A stretch of 64,000 bases of DNA from Selaginella moellendorffii (lineage: Eukaryota > Plantae > Lycopodiophyta), in NCBI RefSeq assembly GCF_000143415.4, contig NW_003314275.1, positions 434,001 through 498,000 on the forward strand. The letters run 5' to 3'. The notes under the pieces are model-generated. The model did no database searches. It saw only the letters and a program-made list of their open reading frames with translations, and was not told where the DNA came from. Each line of letters begins with the position of its first letter. Positions within the stretch are counted from its first letter, which is position 1. Positions 1-12,986 of this stretch are shown piece after piece. The translations under genes were made by a program, and so were the position numbers.

Positions 1-932
1 AACACAGCTACAAATCACTGAGAGCTCCTCCATCATGCTCAAGACCTTCGCCAACCACACCGTTCCCCCAGCGGGCATTTGCTGTGGTGTCAAGGTCTCA
101 GTGCAGGGTGTTATTTCTAAAGTCAATTTCCTCGTGGTTGACTACCAACATTTTGGAACATCCTCTTTGAAGGACTCTATCATCTTGGGCCGCTCATGGC
201 AAGTCACAGCCCATTGCACCATTGATAGCGCATAAGGCAAGATAGAAATTAGCAATGGAACCCATAGTGCCACCTTTCTCAACAACCATGGCAAAGCTCT
301 TTCTCAACAAGCCAAGCAGGCTCTAACTAAGATGGTCTCCACACCACACGTCCCTCCTAAGCTCACAGAGGTTTTTCCTGAGTTGGTGGTGGAGTCGACC
401 ATCTATATGGCAGATGCTTTCTCATGCAATGTGATTGACATGATTGGAGGTGAGTCAGATAGCTCGAGACATCTCTCAACTTCACTCTCTTTATTTGAGA
501 GTAAGGCCAAGTCTCTAGCACACCCTCTTTATTTGATGGCGGGGCTTATAGGGTATGGGCTCCCATATCCAGCATTCGGAGTGTTTCTTGATAGAGGAAG
601 GGCTTCTTAATTCGTTTCTTGCATGGGACCAATTCTCTTTTATGGAGCTTGATGACACAGTCACTCTAGACCAGACCCATCTTTCACAGGACATAGCCAA
701 ACTCAATCCTCCTCAGCAACTATCTAACGTGTCACACAGCTTGCATCTTCCTACTAAAATCGTGGTAGCTGACGACTCCAAGTGTATTTTCTCATGCTGT
801 TTCTTGGAGATGGAGGATGACATCTAGATACAGAACTGGCAGAAATAATCAAGCCAATCAGACGTGCTGCATGCAAGTTATAGCTCTTTGAGTTCAGAAT
901 TTCCTACTGTGGAGCTTCCAGTACAAGTCTAA

Positions 933-1570
933 GTGTCTTACACTGAAACTTTAGTGCCAGACTTGGACTCGACTTTTGTGGAGGATCTTCCTTCACTTGC
1001 AGAGTACTTGGCTACAGTCCTTGCATTGGACATTGAGCTCTCAGAGCATCAGAAGCAAAAAGAACAACAGAAAAAGACTCTGGATCCAACAGCAACGTTC
1101 TTGCCTGACTTCCCAGAGACGGTCTTGCCAGATGTGGTGTCCCTAGCATCTTTATTTGAAGAAGAGGACACTCCTATGATTACGGCTTATTTTGACGTTG
1201 CTTTCTACCCCAAAAACCAGGTTGCCATCATTGGAGTTTGGATGATTGATTCCACAGAGAACAAAGTAGCCAACCTCTCTATCACTTTGCCAGCAACATC
1301 AGCTAATGAAGCAGAGTACTTGGCAGCTATCAGTGCCATGAAGTTGGCTACAGATCTCAAGTTTAAGAGAGTCACTTTCATTGGAGATGTGCAACTCATC
1401 ATACACCAACTTATTGGAGAATACCAAGTCTGCAAAGAGAACCTGAAAGAGCTATGGCAATAGGCGGTCAACCTGAAAGATGAGTTCTCTCAAGTGACTT
1501 TTCAAAGTGTCCCTTGTGAAGAAAACTTTTGGGCAGACAGGTTATCACATCAAGCAATCACCATGATGCG
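933..1570 (+). pseudogene. Additional (archaeal-type / RNase HI-like) RNase H domain placed upstream of RT
   Basis: AYFD..IGVW..SANEAEYLA..IGDVQLII.Q..GEY; after a premature TAG it continues ..ENFWADRLS, giving the RNase HI D-E-D-D pattern. Confidence 0.85.
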
Positions 1571-1940
1571 AGAGGCAAAAGGCACTCGCTGCTCTTTGGT
1601 TTCAGGTCAGAGAGGAATCTGAGATAGATGAGCCCCCTGAGCCCAAGGTTTCTCTAGACTCTAGGGTTCACGCTGTTTTCCTAGGAGATGACAAGAACCC
1701 GGTCTTTATTGCCACATCACTTGCTTCAACAAACGCAGCAAAGCTCTTGGATCTCCTCCATTGTTTCAAGGACGTGTTTGCTTGGGACTATAGCCAGCTT
1801 CTAGGAGTTCCCATGGACACAATCATGCATAGTATTGTGCTTTCAGAGTCAGCCAAACCAGTCTGTCAAAAGATGTGGCGTTTCAGCCTGGCAGCTCACT
1901 CAGAGATGAAGTTGGAGATTGAGCGACTTCTGGTAGCTGG

Positions 1941-1956
1941 CTTTATTTACCCTTTG
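1941..1956 (+). repeat. 16-bp target-site duplication of LINE-A (left copy; right copy 38058-38073)
   Basis: CTTTATTTACCCTTTG occurs at both positions. The uninterrupted single site is present in A2 (~57250-57265, minus strand). Confidence 0.92.
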
Positions 1957-2040
1957 TCAATGGGGTTTTAATTTATCCTCTATAAACCATAGAGTCCGAT
2001 TTCGACCTGCTCGAAACCAGGAAAGAGCTCTTCAAGATTT

Positions 2041-5000
2041 TTAGGGGGGGTGGGACAAGGGGGACAAAGTAGAACTGGTACTCGAGTTCGTGACGTCCAA
2101 TCTCCAAGCTTCCGAAGTTCCGGGTGTTGAACTCTGTCGACTCGGGGAGGTACACATACTGTCATTCCTAAACATGTGCTGCCAAATCCATATTGGTGGT
2201 TTCCACATCCATTCTTCTTCTCCAGCCTTGCTTCTTCCTCTAAAAAATGGCCATAGCTCCTTCTCCTTCGCTATCTTCCTTTCCTCGCCTTGTTTGATCA
2301 GCGTGTCCAGGTGGGCCGCAAGTGAGATGATCAATCTGGACCAAACCTTTGAGATAGTTGCTCGAGCCGAGGGGTCCATGTCATCGAACAGCCTGGCGCA
2401 GCAAGCCTTCCATATCTCTGCTAGTGTGCATCTCTGAAGCACATCAAAGAGCTCCTGGTGGAGATGCTTAATGTGTGTCTGGGTTTGGTTGAGTTGATCA
2501 ATGTGTGGGGCCTCATTGTGTCTCCCTTTCCATGCATTAGGATTCTTTGTTTTTCCCTGGATAAAGCCACCCCATAGCGCTGATTCGTATGTGATTGCAG
2601 CTCCTCCGGTTCACGTTCATTTGAGTACCGCTGCTGCACCTTCCCATACTTCTTGTGTTGCCAGACATTCCCATAAGATGTATCGCTGTGTTTCTGTGGC
2701 GCCATAGTTTTGCAGGCTGTGTTTGGGAGATGTATGGCCGCCATAGAGGGAAGACGTTCTTGTTGGGCCAGCCACATGAAGTAGCGGTTCTTAGCTGACT
2801 AGCGCCCCTTCCAAATCTTGTTGATGCAGTGTGAGTGGTTCCTGGAGTGGATTTGTTGGGCCTTTGCTTTCCGGATGAGGGAGGATCGAGTTGGCACCCT
2901 GATCAGTTTTCGGCCCAGCTTGGTCTCGTACTGGAAGAAGTCCTTGCACGTGGTTCCTCTCCAATGCCACTTTGTGGGATCCCACTTGAGTTCTTCCAGG
3001 GTTTGTTGGCGGAACTAGTAGAGACGAGCATATTATTTTTCTGGGATCAATGGATCAATGTTGGCAGTTTTTTTCTCCATTTGAATCACTCTGATCGGTT
3101 TAGCTCTGCTCATATTGGGGAGGTCCTCGTACTTAGGGGTGATGATGGGGTACAAGCGTCTAGCCTGTTCTGCCTCAAAGATTAGTCGTGATGCCATGTT
3201 TGGGAGGGCGCATACAATCGACTTGTCCACCTTCCACCATCGATGGTATTGGTCTTCTTGCAGGTTTAGTCATTCAAGGCATACGTGTTTGGCTGCTAAA
3301 AAGGCTATCTGGAATTTACACATCCTGTGTTCTGAGATGGTTAATCTGTAGAAGGCACTGATTCAGTCATAATTGTTGGCCGTCTGGTTGGGCTAAATCA
3401 TGGTGTTTGCCTCTGCGAAGGTTCTCATCCCCGCTCTGTGCAGGTCTTTGCATGTCTGGTCCAGGCCGCGATCCTTTGAAGCTCTGAGCATTTTACCATT
3501 GACAGTGAAGAGTTTGCTCAAGAAAATTGGCTGCCGGTCCAATTGTTCTTTGGTACAAGGTGGTTTACATTCCAGCTTGCATTTGAATTGCCTCCAGAGC
3601 TTGAACAGCTTTCCTGAGAATGTGTGAGCCTTTGTCATTTTGAGTTTGGTGTCCGAGAAGAGCCATTGTTCATCTGTCGCCCAGTTTTGTCTGGTGTGCT
3701 CGTTCCTGTCCGGGAGGACTTTCAAAAGTTGTGCTCGCAGTAGTGTTCTCCATGTTTGGTTGCCAAGCATGAGCATCCTCATGAAAATCTTGAAGAGGAG
3801 AGCTTTGCATTGTTCTTTGATGTCAATAATACTGAGGCCCCCTTCGTGCTTTGGAAGTGTTACTAACCACCAGTTGACCTTTGCTCCACCATGTAAGACG
3901 CAAGAGGAGCCTTTCTAGACATAGGTTTGAATGAGTTGGTTCATTTCCTGGATCGTTCGCCTGTCCATGTTCTAGCATGCTGCCAGGAACCAGATCGCTC
4001 CAAGCAGGATGCTGTTTGCCACCACGCAGCATGCTGAGAATGATAGTTTTCTGCTCGCCCAGAACTTGAGTTGATCCCTTAGTTTTGTAACTGCTTTTTG
4101 GTTTTGAGGTTCTGGATCATACTGGCGTCCGACTTGGAACCCAAGGTAGCGGGTGGTCTCCTCCATGTCCAGCTATTTGAAACCCAGATCCATGCCCCAT
4201 GTTGGAGGTCTGCCCGGGGGGAGCCATAGTCCTACTGATTTGTGCCAGTTGATTTTTGATCCCATGGCTTCATTGAAGAAGTCCAAGTCCCTTTTGATGT
4301 TTGAGAGGTTCTCCGGTGATGCCTCCACGATGAGGCTTGTGTCATCTGCAAAGGTTGAGGATAGGAGGTCCTCCTTTGAGGCTTCGTTCATGTCCTGAAG
4401 TGCGGAGCCACAGCCTGGAAGGGGCATGCCTTTCGGGCCCTCTGGTCTGGCTACGTAGTAGGCCAGAGCATCCGCAATGAACAGGAACAGATACGGTGCG
4501 AGGGGGCATCCTTGGCCGACCGATCTTTCAAGTTTGAAGGACTGTCCCATGGTTCTGTTGATTGTAACCTTGCTTGATGCCGAGTGGTACAGGGATGCTG
4601 TCCATTCCACGAACTGCAGAGGAACTCCTTGCTTGATCATTATGGCCTGGAGAACTTTCCAATCCACCCGATCGTAGGCTATTTCAAAATCCAAAAGGAT
4701 GATTGTGATCTACTCTGCCTTGTCTTTGGTGTGTTCTTGCGCCAGAAGGACTGTTAGGAGATTGTCCATGATTTGCCTGCCATCCACGAATCCGTTTTGT
4801 GTCTCCTTGATCGGTTTTGGGAGCAGAGGCTTGAGGTGTGATGCCAAGGCTTTTGCTACAATCTTGTACATGGTGTTCAGCATAGAGATGGGCCTCCAGT
4901 TCTTGAGGTGGGACATATCTCCTTTATTCGGTATCAGCGCAATGATCCCATCCATAGCTCCTTCCAGCCACATCCCAGCTTGCATGGTTTCTTGCCACAT

Positions 5001-6497
5001 CTTGAGAACTTCTGGTCCGATCCATTTCTAGTTTTGTTTGTAGAAGGCTGGTGGCATGCCATCCTCCCCTGGCATCTTGTCGTCCTTGAGGTCATGTAGG
5101 GCATCCTTTAATTCTTGTAGCGTGAAAGGTTTCATTAGTCTGGTGTTCATTGCTGGGGTGTACTTGGTCGGGATATGCTCCAGCACTCATTCAAGTTTCT
5201 CTTGCCTGACATCGTCCCATGGTTCCTCCTTGAAAAGCTGGGAGTAGTAGTGTTCTACCATGTTGCATGTCGTCAATCTCTGTGTGTAGTTGCCCTTGTT
5301 CATCCTTCAATTCGAACATTGGTGGGGAGACCACTTTAGATCTTATGGATTGATAGAACTCCCTGTTCAGCGCGAGCTTGCTTGCGTGCCATCTGATGTG
5401 TCCTGCTTTTAGAAAGGCTTCCATCTTGTCAGCCTCTATCCTTTCCAGTTGGCACTTAACCTGGATTTTTTGAGCTTGTAGCCACGGGTCATCCGGGTTG
5501 CTGCGAAGGTCAGTGTTGATCGAGGTCAGGACTCTCTGAACCTTTTGGACAGTGTTAAAAACACCTCTCCTATCCTTCCGAATCTTGGCTCGAGCCTCTT
5601 GAGCAATTTGAAGGGTGAAGGAGTGTAGGTTCCCCTTGTGTTTTTCCCACTGCTCGTGCACCCAGTTATTGTTGACTTGCTCCTCAAAGGACTTCTTGGG
5701 TATGGCAACTGGCTTCCTTGGACCTCTCGATCTTTGAAAGGGAAGTGTGACTCTAATCGGATGGTGGTCCGAGAAGTCCGTGTAGGTGTTGTCAATGTCC
5801 AACTTCCCCCCTTGCATGCACAGGTCCATGGTGAGGTAGAAGCGGTCCAGACGACGTTGTATGCCTCTACATTGATGTTCTCGCCATGTGAAGCGTGGTT
5901 CATGTGTCACAAAACCCGGGATCTCGTAAGCGTCGCAGGTGCCAATCCATAAGAGGAGCGAGTTCCATGCAAGGCGTTCCGCACGTGTACGTCTATCCTG
6001 GATTATGCCTCCCCATTTATCCTCCTCGTGGTCCACGAAATTGAAGTCACCAGCCAGGATCCAATCATCGATTCTGGTTGGAAGACGATGCTGTAGAATT
6101 CGGAAGAAGTGTGCTTGTGAGGTGGAGTGGGATGCCAGGGCATAGATGTTCAACAGGCCTATGGTTTGGGCATTTACTTTATCACTATCATGTGAGCGCG
6201 TCCAGGGATTAGGATCTGGTGTGAGGTGCGTAGGGATTGCCATGGTCCTTTAGTGATGATGAGGGTTCCTCCTTGCCTTCCAACTGCTGGGTTCCAGAAG
6301 TGTTCGCCTTGTGAAAACTTAAAGATTGTCTGGTGTTCTTGTATTCTATGCTCCTGGAAACAGAAAAAGTCACACTTTCCTATCACTCCTTCTAACTGGT
6401 GAAGGTACTGTCGGAGCCTCGCCTTCTTGTCATTCCATAGCACTCCGTCCTTACTAATGCCTCCTATGTTCCATGAAAGCACGCTAAGATCAGTCAT
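2041..6497 (-). pseudogene. LINE-A ORF2: AP-endonuclease, reverse transcriptase, C-terminal Cys-rich region (frameshifted)
   Basis: EN motifs SWNIGG, FQEH, AGDFN, RLDRFY, SDH. RT motifs NWRPIS, DFEIAYDRV, QGCPLAPYLF, FADD, RYLG. Confidence 0.93.
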
Positions 6498-6999
6498 TGT
6501 TGTTGTTGATGGAGATTCGACCGCGTTCTACCCACGAGAATTCGCGATCTCTACCTCCTCTCGCGGGGATGACGCCACTTTTTGTGAGGAGGGCTGCATA
6601 CAGGTCCATGTTGCTGCCTACTATAGTGCACTTGTTCACTTCCACCCGGTACGGGATGTCGTTGATGATTTCAGAGGCTTGAAGGAACGCATGAAGGTCT
6701 TGGTCCGGGAGCTGGTTTCGTGCCATATGGAAGGATGGGAGAGTGTACCCTATGGGCGAGCCACGCCACACCGCCAGGGACCTCCTTGGTCATGAGGTGC
6801 TAACATGCATCTAGAGATGGACTTGTAGGCGTTGAGAGGACCTAGAGGCGGATTCTTTGGTGTGGGGTTGGGTGTTCACTTCCGGCAATCGTTCTAGTTG
6901 AGGCTGGGTTGGAGAGGGCGACCGTTGAGTTGATGGATCGGCTCCCCATCATGAGGAGCGATTTGGCGAAGCTCTCCATCCCTATGAGCGCCTGGTGTG

Positions 7000-8123
7000 T
7001 GTAAGGAACCAACTCCCCGAGGTGTTGTAGGCTAAAGGATCCCCAAAAGCATGACCAAAATGATAAAGAGTTCATCAGATGGGACCGAGTCTGAGATCGA
7101 GTCCAAGACCGACTCTGAGACCAAGTTCGAGATAGAGTCCGGAATCGAGTCCGAGGCTGATTCGCAGACCGAGTTCGAGACAGAGTCTGAGATCCGAAAT
7201 CGGGTCCGAGACTGAGTCCAAGGTCGGGTCCGAGTTCGGGTCCGAGATCGAGTTCGAGATCGAGTCTGAGACCAAATCCGAAGTCGGATCCGAGATTGAG
7301 TCCGAGATCGAGCCAGAGACTGGGTCCGAGTACTAATACGGGTCAAGGGGTGAAAGCCCAAAGCGTGCGTCTCCCAGGGGGTGGGGGGGATGCAGGGGGT
7401 TCCAAAAGTATAGTAGGGATAGCGAGGTCCAGGAACCAGTTTTGAAGGAACTCTCCAGTGGGGCTTCCAAATTGACTTGAGGTTGAGACTGGGACCGAGG
7501 GGCCTTGGGTGGGAGTGAGCATGGACTCGGTTGGTGCCGTAGGGGCCATCCAAGGAAGTGCTCAAGAGCAACTCCCACTCCCAAAAGGGAAATCGATTGC
7601 GGTGCTCCTAGCTCATGTGGAGTGGTGCCCCACTTGAGTACCATGCGGCTCATTGGTCCTCGCCCTTCCTAGGGGCTTGGGCCTTCCTTCGGGATGGAAG
7701 TGGGGGGGTAGAGGTACCCATACCGGGTCGTTAGGCCACAGTGTTTCGCCCCGGCATCCCGAAGCAAGTGTTGCACCCAAGACTTGGGATTTAGAGGGTC
7801 CCATGATCAAGTCTTGTGGTACTAAGGGGTGTTAGGAATCTAGAGGTTTGGTGTGCTTGGCTGCTTGTGCTTGCGGGGAGTGTAGCCAAACCTTAAGTCT
7901 AGTCTAACCCGGGGAGGGGGATTGGGAGGGATTTGGGAATCCGTGGATGGATGGCAAACATTCCATTGCTCGTGCAATGAGTAGCTGAAACCAAGTAGGA
8001 CCAAGTAGGAGCTGGTACCATAGGCGAGAACCTTGGCAAGGGAACTTAGCAAAAGCCAAGGCAGTGTCGGACGGATAGACGAGGTAAGCTGGCAAATTGG
8101 AAAGAAAAAATTTGTGGCTTACA
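7000..8123 (+). repeat. 5' LTR of element B (1124 bp) containing a GAGTCC/CCGAGA hexamer array (~7080-7335)
   Basis: Direct repeat of 25649-26778 with TG...CA ends. Confidence 0.95.
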
Positions 8124-8126
8124 ATT

Positions 8127-8139
8127 TGGTATTTGAGCC
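8127..8139 (+). promoter_or_regulatory. Primer-binding site of element B (degenerate tRNA-iMet type)
   Basis: TGGTATTTGAGCC lies 3 nt after the LTR; the canonical sequence is TGGTATCAGAGC. Confidence 0.75.
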
Positions 8140-8183
8140 TTTTCCTCAGTTATAGCGAAGGATAGAGGCGGATTGCTGGGAGA

Positions 8184-9933
8184 TGGCAAAGGCAGGGCAG
8201 AAGCGAACTAAGGCGGAGACGGAACCTCCTCCAGAGCTGGAGCCTCCGGTAGAACAAAAGGTTATGGATGAGCAATCCTTGCATGAGGATGACTCCAGTG
8301 AGGAAACTTCCAAATAGGAGTCTGGTGGCGAGGTTCGGTCGTTTAAGGCTCGATTGGACGTTCTAGAAGGACAGTTGGTACAGACCAATGCCCTGCTAGA
8401 GACTCTCGTACGCAAACTAAAGCATGACGAGAAGCGGAAGAAAAAGCAAAAGACTGCGGACGCTGGTAGCGTAGAAGGTGTGGACCCTTTGATAGGGACT
8501 GAGGCAGAACCAAACAAGGTCAAACAGACCAAAGTGGAATCAATCCCTCAGGCAGTTCCTAAGTACAAACCAAAGCCCCCACCGGTCTTCAAGGGAGTGA
8601 ATGACTATAAGGTGGTGGAGGATTGGTTTTACGATATGGAGGACTACTTCCGAGCGTTGCGATTACCGAGCTAGGAGAATGTCCCATGTGCAAAACCATA
8701 CTTAGCAGATAATGCCAAGTCTTGGTGGAGAACGACAGAGGCCAACGAAGGACCGGTGGCCACTTGGGACATGATGAAGGCAAGGATCTGCACGACTTAC
8801 GTTCCTCCGAATGCTACTCTGCATCTAAGAGACGAGTTGAGTAGGCTGAAGCAAACCAGAACCATTCAGGAGTATGTGAATTGGTTTATGGCAAAGAGGA
8901 TACTTGTCACAGACATGAGGGATATGGATGCGTTCCATGCCTTCATATCGGGCTTGCAAACCTGGGCTCGCAGCGAGGTGATGCGTTGGAACCCGACCAA
9001 TTACAAAGAAGCGTTGGATGCGGCTATCAAGGTGCATTTGAACGATAACTTGCGAAAGGGGAACACGACGGGGTCGGGGTCCACGTTTAACAAAGGGGCC
9101 AAACCAAGGGGAACATATAGCAAGGGGAAATTCAAGAAAAGTTTCTCTAAGAATAACTCCTCGGGGTTTCGGAAAGGCAAATCCGGTGGCTAGCGAGCAA
9201 GTACGTGGGGGAGTCAAGCAAAAAGAGACAAACCCATGGATAAGAAGGTCAAGTCGTTTAGCAGCGTGGGAAACAACGTATGCTACAATTGCGGTGAAGC
9301 GGGACACTTTTCGAAGGAATGTCCCTACCCAAAGAAGGCCAGAGCTAATATGGTCATTAAATCGGGTAAAGTCCAAACTGAGGTATGTGATCCAGTCCCT
9401 AGCCCAAAGTTACTTATTACACGAGCAACTTTGGTAGAGAGTCGTTCGCGACATCTATTAGCCCTCCGAGGGAAGCTCGAAGGTAGCTTTGTTAAGATCT
9501 TTATTAACACGGGTGCTTCGGATAATTTTGTGGCTGCAGACATAATCCGGCAAGCCGGACTAACGGTGTAACAGCTGGGCGAACCAAGGACTATAGAGTT
9601 TGTTCAAGGTAGCCAAAGCACCGATAAGGTACTTCGACAAGCCAGAGTCGAAGTAGGGACTTGGAAAGTAGACATGGATTTCACCATGTTAGACATGGCG
9701 GGATTTGACGTGATCTTCGGGATGGATTGGTTCAATCGGTTCGTGGTAGCCCTGCATGGACAAGGTAGGAACCTTGTGGTACTAGCGAATGCTCAAGGAA
9801 GAAGATCCAGGGTGGAGGCCCAAGATCTAAATGTAGGGCAATGCAAAGCCAAAGATTCGTGCCTAAACCTAGTGTCCACGAGAGGACAACTCACTAAAGG
9901 GACAAATGCTGCATTTTTGTGCTTACTCTCGGT
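8184..9933 (+). pseudogene. Element B gag, zinc knuckle and aspartic protease (in-frame stops and frameshift); start approximate
   Basis: Retrotransposon gag (WFYDMEDYF, L.RLKQT), CYNCGEAGHFSKEC, KIFINTGAS (D->N), DVIFGMDW. Confidence 0.9.
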
Positions 9934-10339
9934 AAGCTCTATTTTGTTAAAGTGGGAATTGTCATTATCCCACTTGTAAAATAAGGTTTCCAAACCTTTA
10001 TATAGTATATAAATATAACAAAATTCAACTGCATTGAGGCACATGCCATTTTATTTTAAACAAGGAAATGTCTACTCAATCACTTCTCCTCCCCCTGCCA
10101 CTGCTTCACCTCTCTCTTCTCCTTGTCATCGTCGTCCAATTTCTTTCCATCCTTTTAATATTGGCTCAGTTGCTCCGAGTCTAGATGGAGCCCAAGTCCC
10201 CATTCAATCTTTACTTTCCCCTTATTAATAAAACAACTTCGTAGACTTCCAATAACATGCTGTAACACTTCTAGTATAATACAATGGCATGGAACCCCAT
10301 GCCATAATAAGTTACATTTTTAAATAAATACATGCCATC

Positions 10340-11099
10340 TCAGACTGTTATTTTTTGCCTCCAACGCCTATACAATAATCTTGGAATTTCATCACTCTCC
10401 ACACTATCAGGATTTAAACCCAATAGTAATGCCATCTCTTCTCTAATACGTCCACGCTCATGTTCAGTGGTCGAAGAACCCATCCGGTTGAGCAGATTAT
10501 GGAGATGCGGATAGTGCTTGGCTAGACAATATACATACCATAAATGATGACTGGTGTCTGTCCGATCAAATGGCTTCTGATATACCGTTCCATCTGCCAT
10601 TTGGTTGATTTCTACAGCCACCTCCTGGACTGGCCGGTTCTCTATCACCATCGCTCCAAGCCGTTTTGCAAGGTCCCCCAGAACATACAGTTTCTTCTCC
10701 CTAGTTTCTATACTGCAAGAGATGGGGTGCACTGCATATGTGTGCGTGTTCGCAATCCTCCTGCGTTAGGAGAAAGTCAAATGGTAATATTGCTCGCGTC
10801 TGATCGTGCATCATCTGTAGCAACGTTAATGCATTGTGGCGCATCATGGATGTCCAAACTCCCAATTGCAAATTGAACCCGGCCCTCTGTTTTAAGTATC
10901 GCATGGTCATTATTAGATCCCGCAGTTTCTCCCGTGTGATTAATGTGAATCTGTCTCTTTTGACCAACTTGCGACTGTAGGCTTTGGAGGGTGCAGTGAC
11001 ATTCGAGGACGAGCCACGCTCATGGGAGAAAAGGACACTGTTTAGATCAAAAACGATATAGTACCTTCGCTGTGACTCTGAAATGAAATGCGTCAGCAT
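10340..11099 (-). pseudogene. HAD-superfamily FCP1/NIF-like phosphatase-like domain (frameshifted), probably the 3' part of the cargo gene
   Basis: YIVFDLNSVL (DLD/DLN motif I), LITREKL, LGVWTSM, LLTQEDC and MVIENRP occur in FCP1/NIF motif order. Confidence 0.55.
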
Positions 11100-12945
11100 A
11101 AAAAATGGTACAAGTCAATTTTACCATCTACAATATTAGTGAATGGTGCTCCCAATGGTCGTTGAGAGGGTTTTGGTCGAGGAAACGTGAAGGGCGGAAA
11201 TACTCTCCTCTGCAATGTGGGGTCAATCGCATCCGATGGCGTGTGGGCACATGCCATTTCAGCTGTAGAATCTGGTACAACTGGCTCAACAGTGGCATGG
11301 GGTGGTTCTGATGGCGTGTGATCACACGCCATTTCAGCTGGTGCCTCCGTTGGCAAAGTGGACATGACCGAACAGGCAGCAGGGGCGGTGTAGGGAGGTT
11401 CCAACGGCGCGTAGTCAGACGATTGGGCACACGTTGAGTCCGTTGGAAATGAGGATACGACCAGCTTGGCGGCTGGGGCGGCCTCATGCGGGTCCAATGG
11501 CGCCTGGTCACCGTCAGTTGGATACGTGGACAAGATTGACTCAGTGGTATGGGCAGCATCAAGTGGAGCGTGGTCAGCTTGCTTGGCGTTGATATGGATA
11601 GTAGCCTCCACCAGCTCTGATGACTCTTGCAGGCAAGTAGAGTCCACTGGCGGATCCATATGCATGTCCAAATATCTCCCTTCAATTGAGATGGTATCCT
11701 CCCTACTGGCTACTAAAAACAAACTCATTAGCACATTGAATCGACTATACTGTATTTACCATCAACTGCTATTGAGGAACTAGGACCAATATCACTTGGG
11801 CGCACTGCTGATTCTGAAGGATTGGACATACGTTTCGACCCTTGCTTGGCACTATCCTTCCTCGACACTAAAGGCTAGAGTTTGTATCTTAATTCAACTG
11901 AATAATCTCTACTTACCATTTGCTTTGCGACCTACATGGACAATGTTAGAAATGGTAAAAGGTTAGGAATGGATGTACTATTATTTACCTGATGGTTTGT
12001 CTTGTATAACCTTCCTCCGCTGCTCTTTGGCCACCTCAGGCTGGCCATTGTTGTCATCATCGTTGTCGTCGTTATTGTGATCGTCACCATTGTGAGGACC
12101 ATCCAAGTCCTCTTCGTCCTCCTCTTCTTCGTCCTCCTCTTCTTTGTCCTCCTCTTCGTCCTTCTGCTCTTCCTGCTCATTAACTTTCTCTGGCTCCTCA
12201 TCCCCCTCCTGCATTTCTTCCATAGGCTGCTCAGGCTGGATGGCTTGTTCTTCCAAGACCATCTTGGGAAAATCATCTGGCCGAGTCTCCATCTCAAAAT
12301 ACAAGACATCCATAGCCTGTTTTAGTGCATGACCTAGGACCATATCCTCACCCGACTGTCTTAACATGGTTTCTGCACGTTCTTGCACCCTTCGAAGACG
12401 ACGAGATGAGAAAAACGTGGCCCTGACTTGAAAAGCATCCCTCATCCATTGTACCTCTGCATTGAGATTGGGGAAGGGGAGTCCGCCATAGGAATCTGAG
12501 TCAGGAGGTGGTGACCGCAAGGCATTACCTATCATCTTTTCGTTGCCCTTCTTCCTTTTTGAATCAAACGCCTCTGATCCCGACGACTATCCAACGTGCT
12601 TTCGCTTTTTATGACCACTGTCAGTTTGAGCTTGGCTGGTGCTTGCCTGTTTTGCCTTTGAAGAAGTGTCTCCTGCAAGGAATGGCATAAGACCACACGC
12701 CATTGCAAATATAATTTGTACCTCCTTTTTTCCTATTGCTTGTCTGTTTATCCTTCTTCGACGCGCCACCAGTGCGCTTTTCAGTCCTCGTGTCTGAATA
12801 TTCACAACGATCTATAATCAAAATGGTGTGAGGCCTCACGTGACCTTACCTTGTGCAGGTTGTGAGCTCGGCCCAACATGGGTATCTTCAACAGTAGCTG
12901 TTAACGCCGTTTCAGCATCTGGGGGTGGCCACGCTCCTGCATACA
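11093..12945 (-). CDS. Middle exons of the cargo gene: basic NLS-like, highly acidic and Pro/Thr-rich low-complexity segments
   Basis: ORFs 12587-12805, 11981-12535 and 11093-11734 are separated by ~50-bp GT..AG stretches. Exact exon limits are approximate. Confidence 0.55.
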
Positions 12946-12986
12946 GAGCTTGTGAGATAACATTTAAACTTAAAGTGCGTACTCAC

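Larger units (their letters stand above)
1..1956 (+). mobile_element. Ty3/gypsy Tat-like LTR retrotransposon A1, left segment (protease region, extra RNase H, start of RT); begins upstream of the window
   Basis: Collinear with the inverted copy A2 (~57250-59165). RT start FKDVFAWDYS..HSIVL..AGFIYPL is interrupted at 1956 and resumes at 38074. Confidence 0.9.

Noticed and set aside
9191-9193. Programmed gag stop-codon readthrough in element B
   Set aside because: The element has many other TAG/TGA stops consistent with C->T decay, so a single copy cannot support readthrough.
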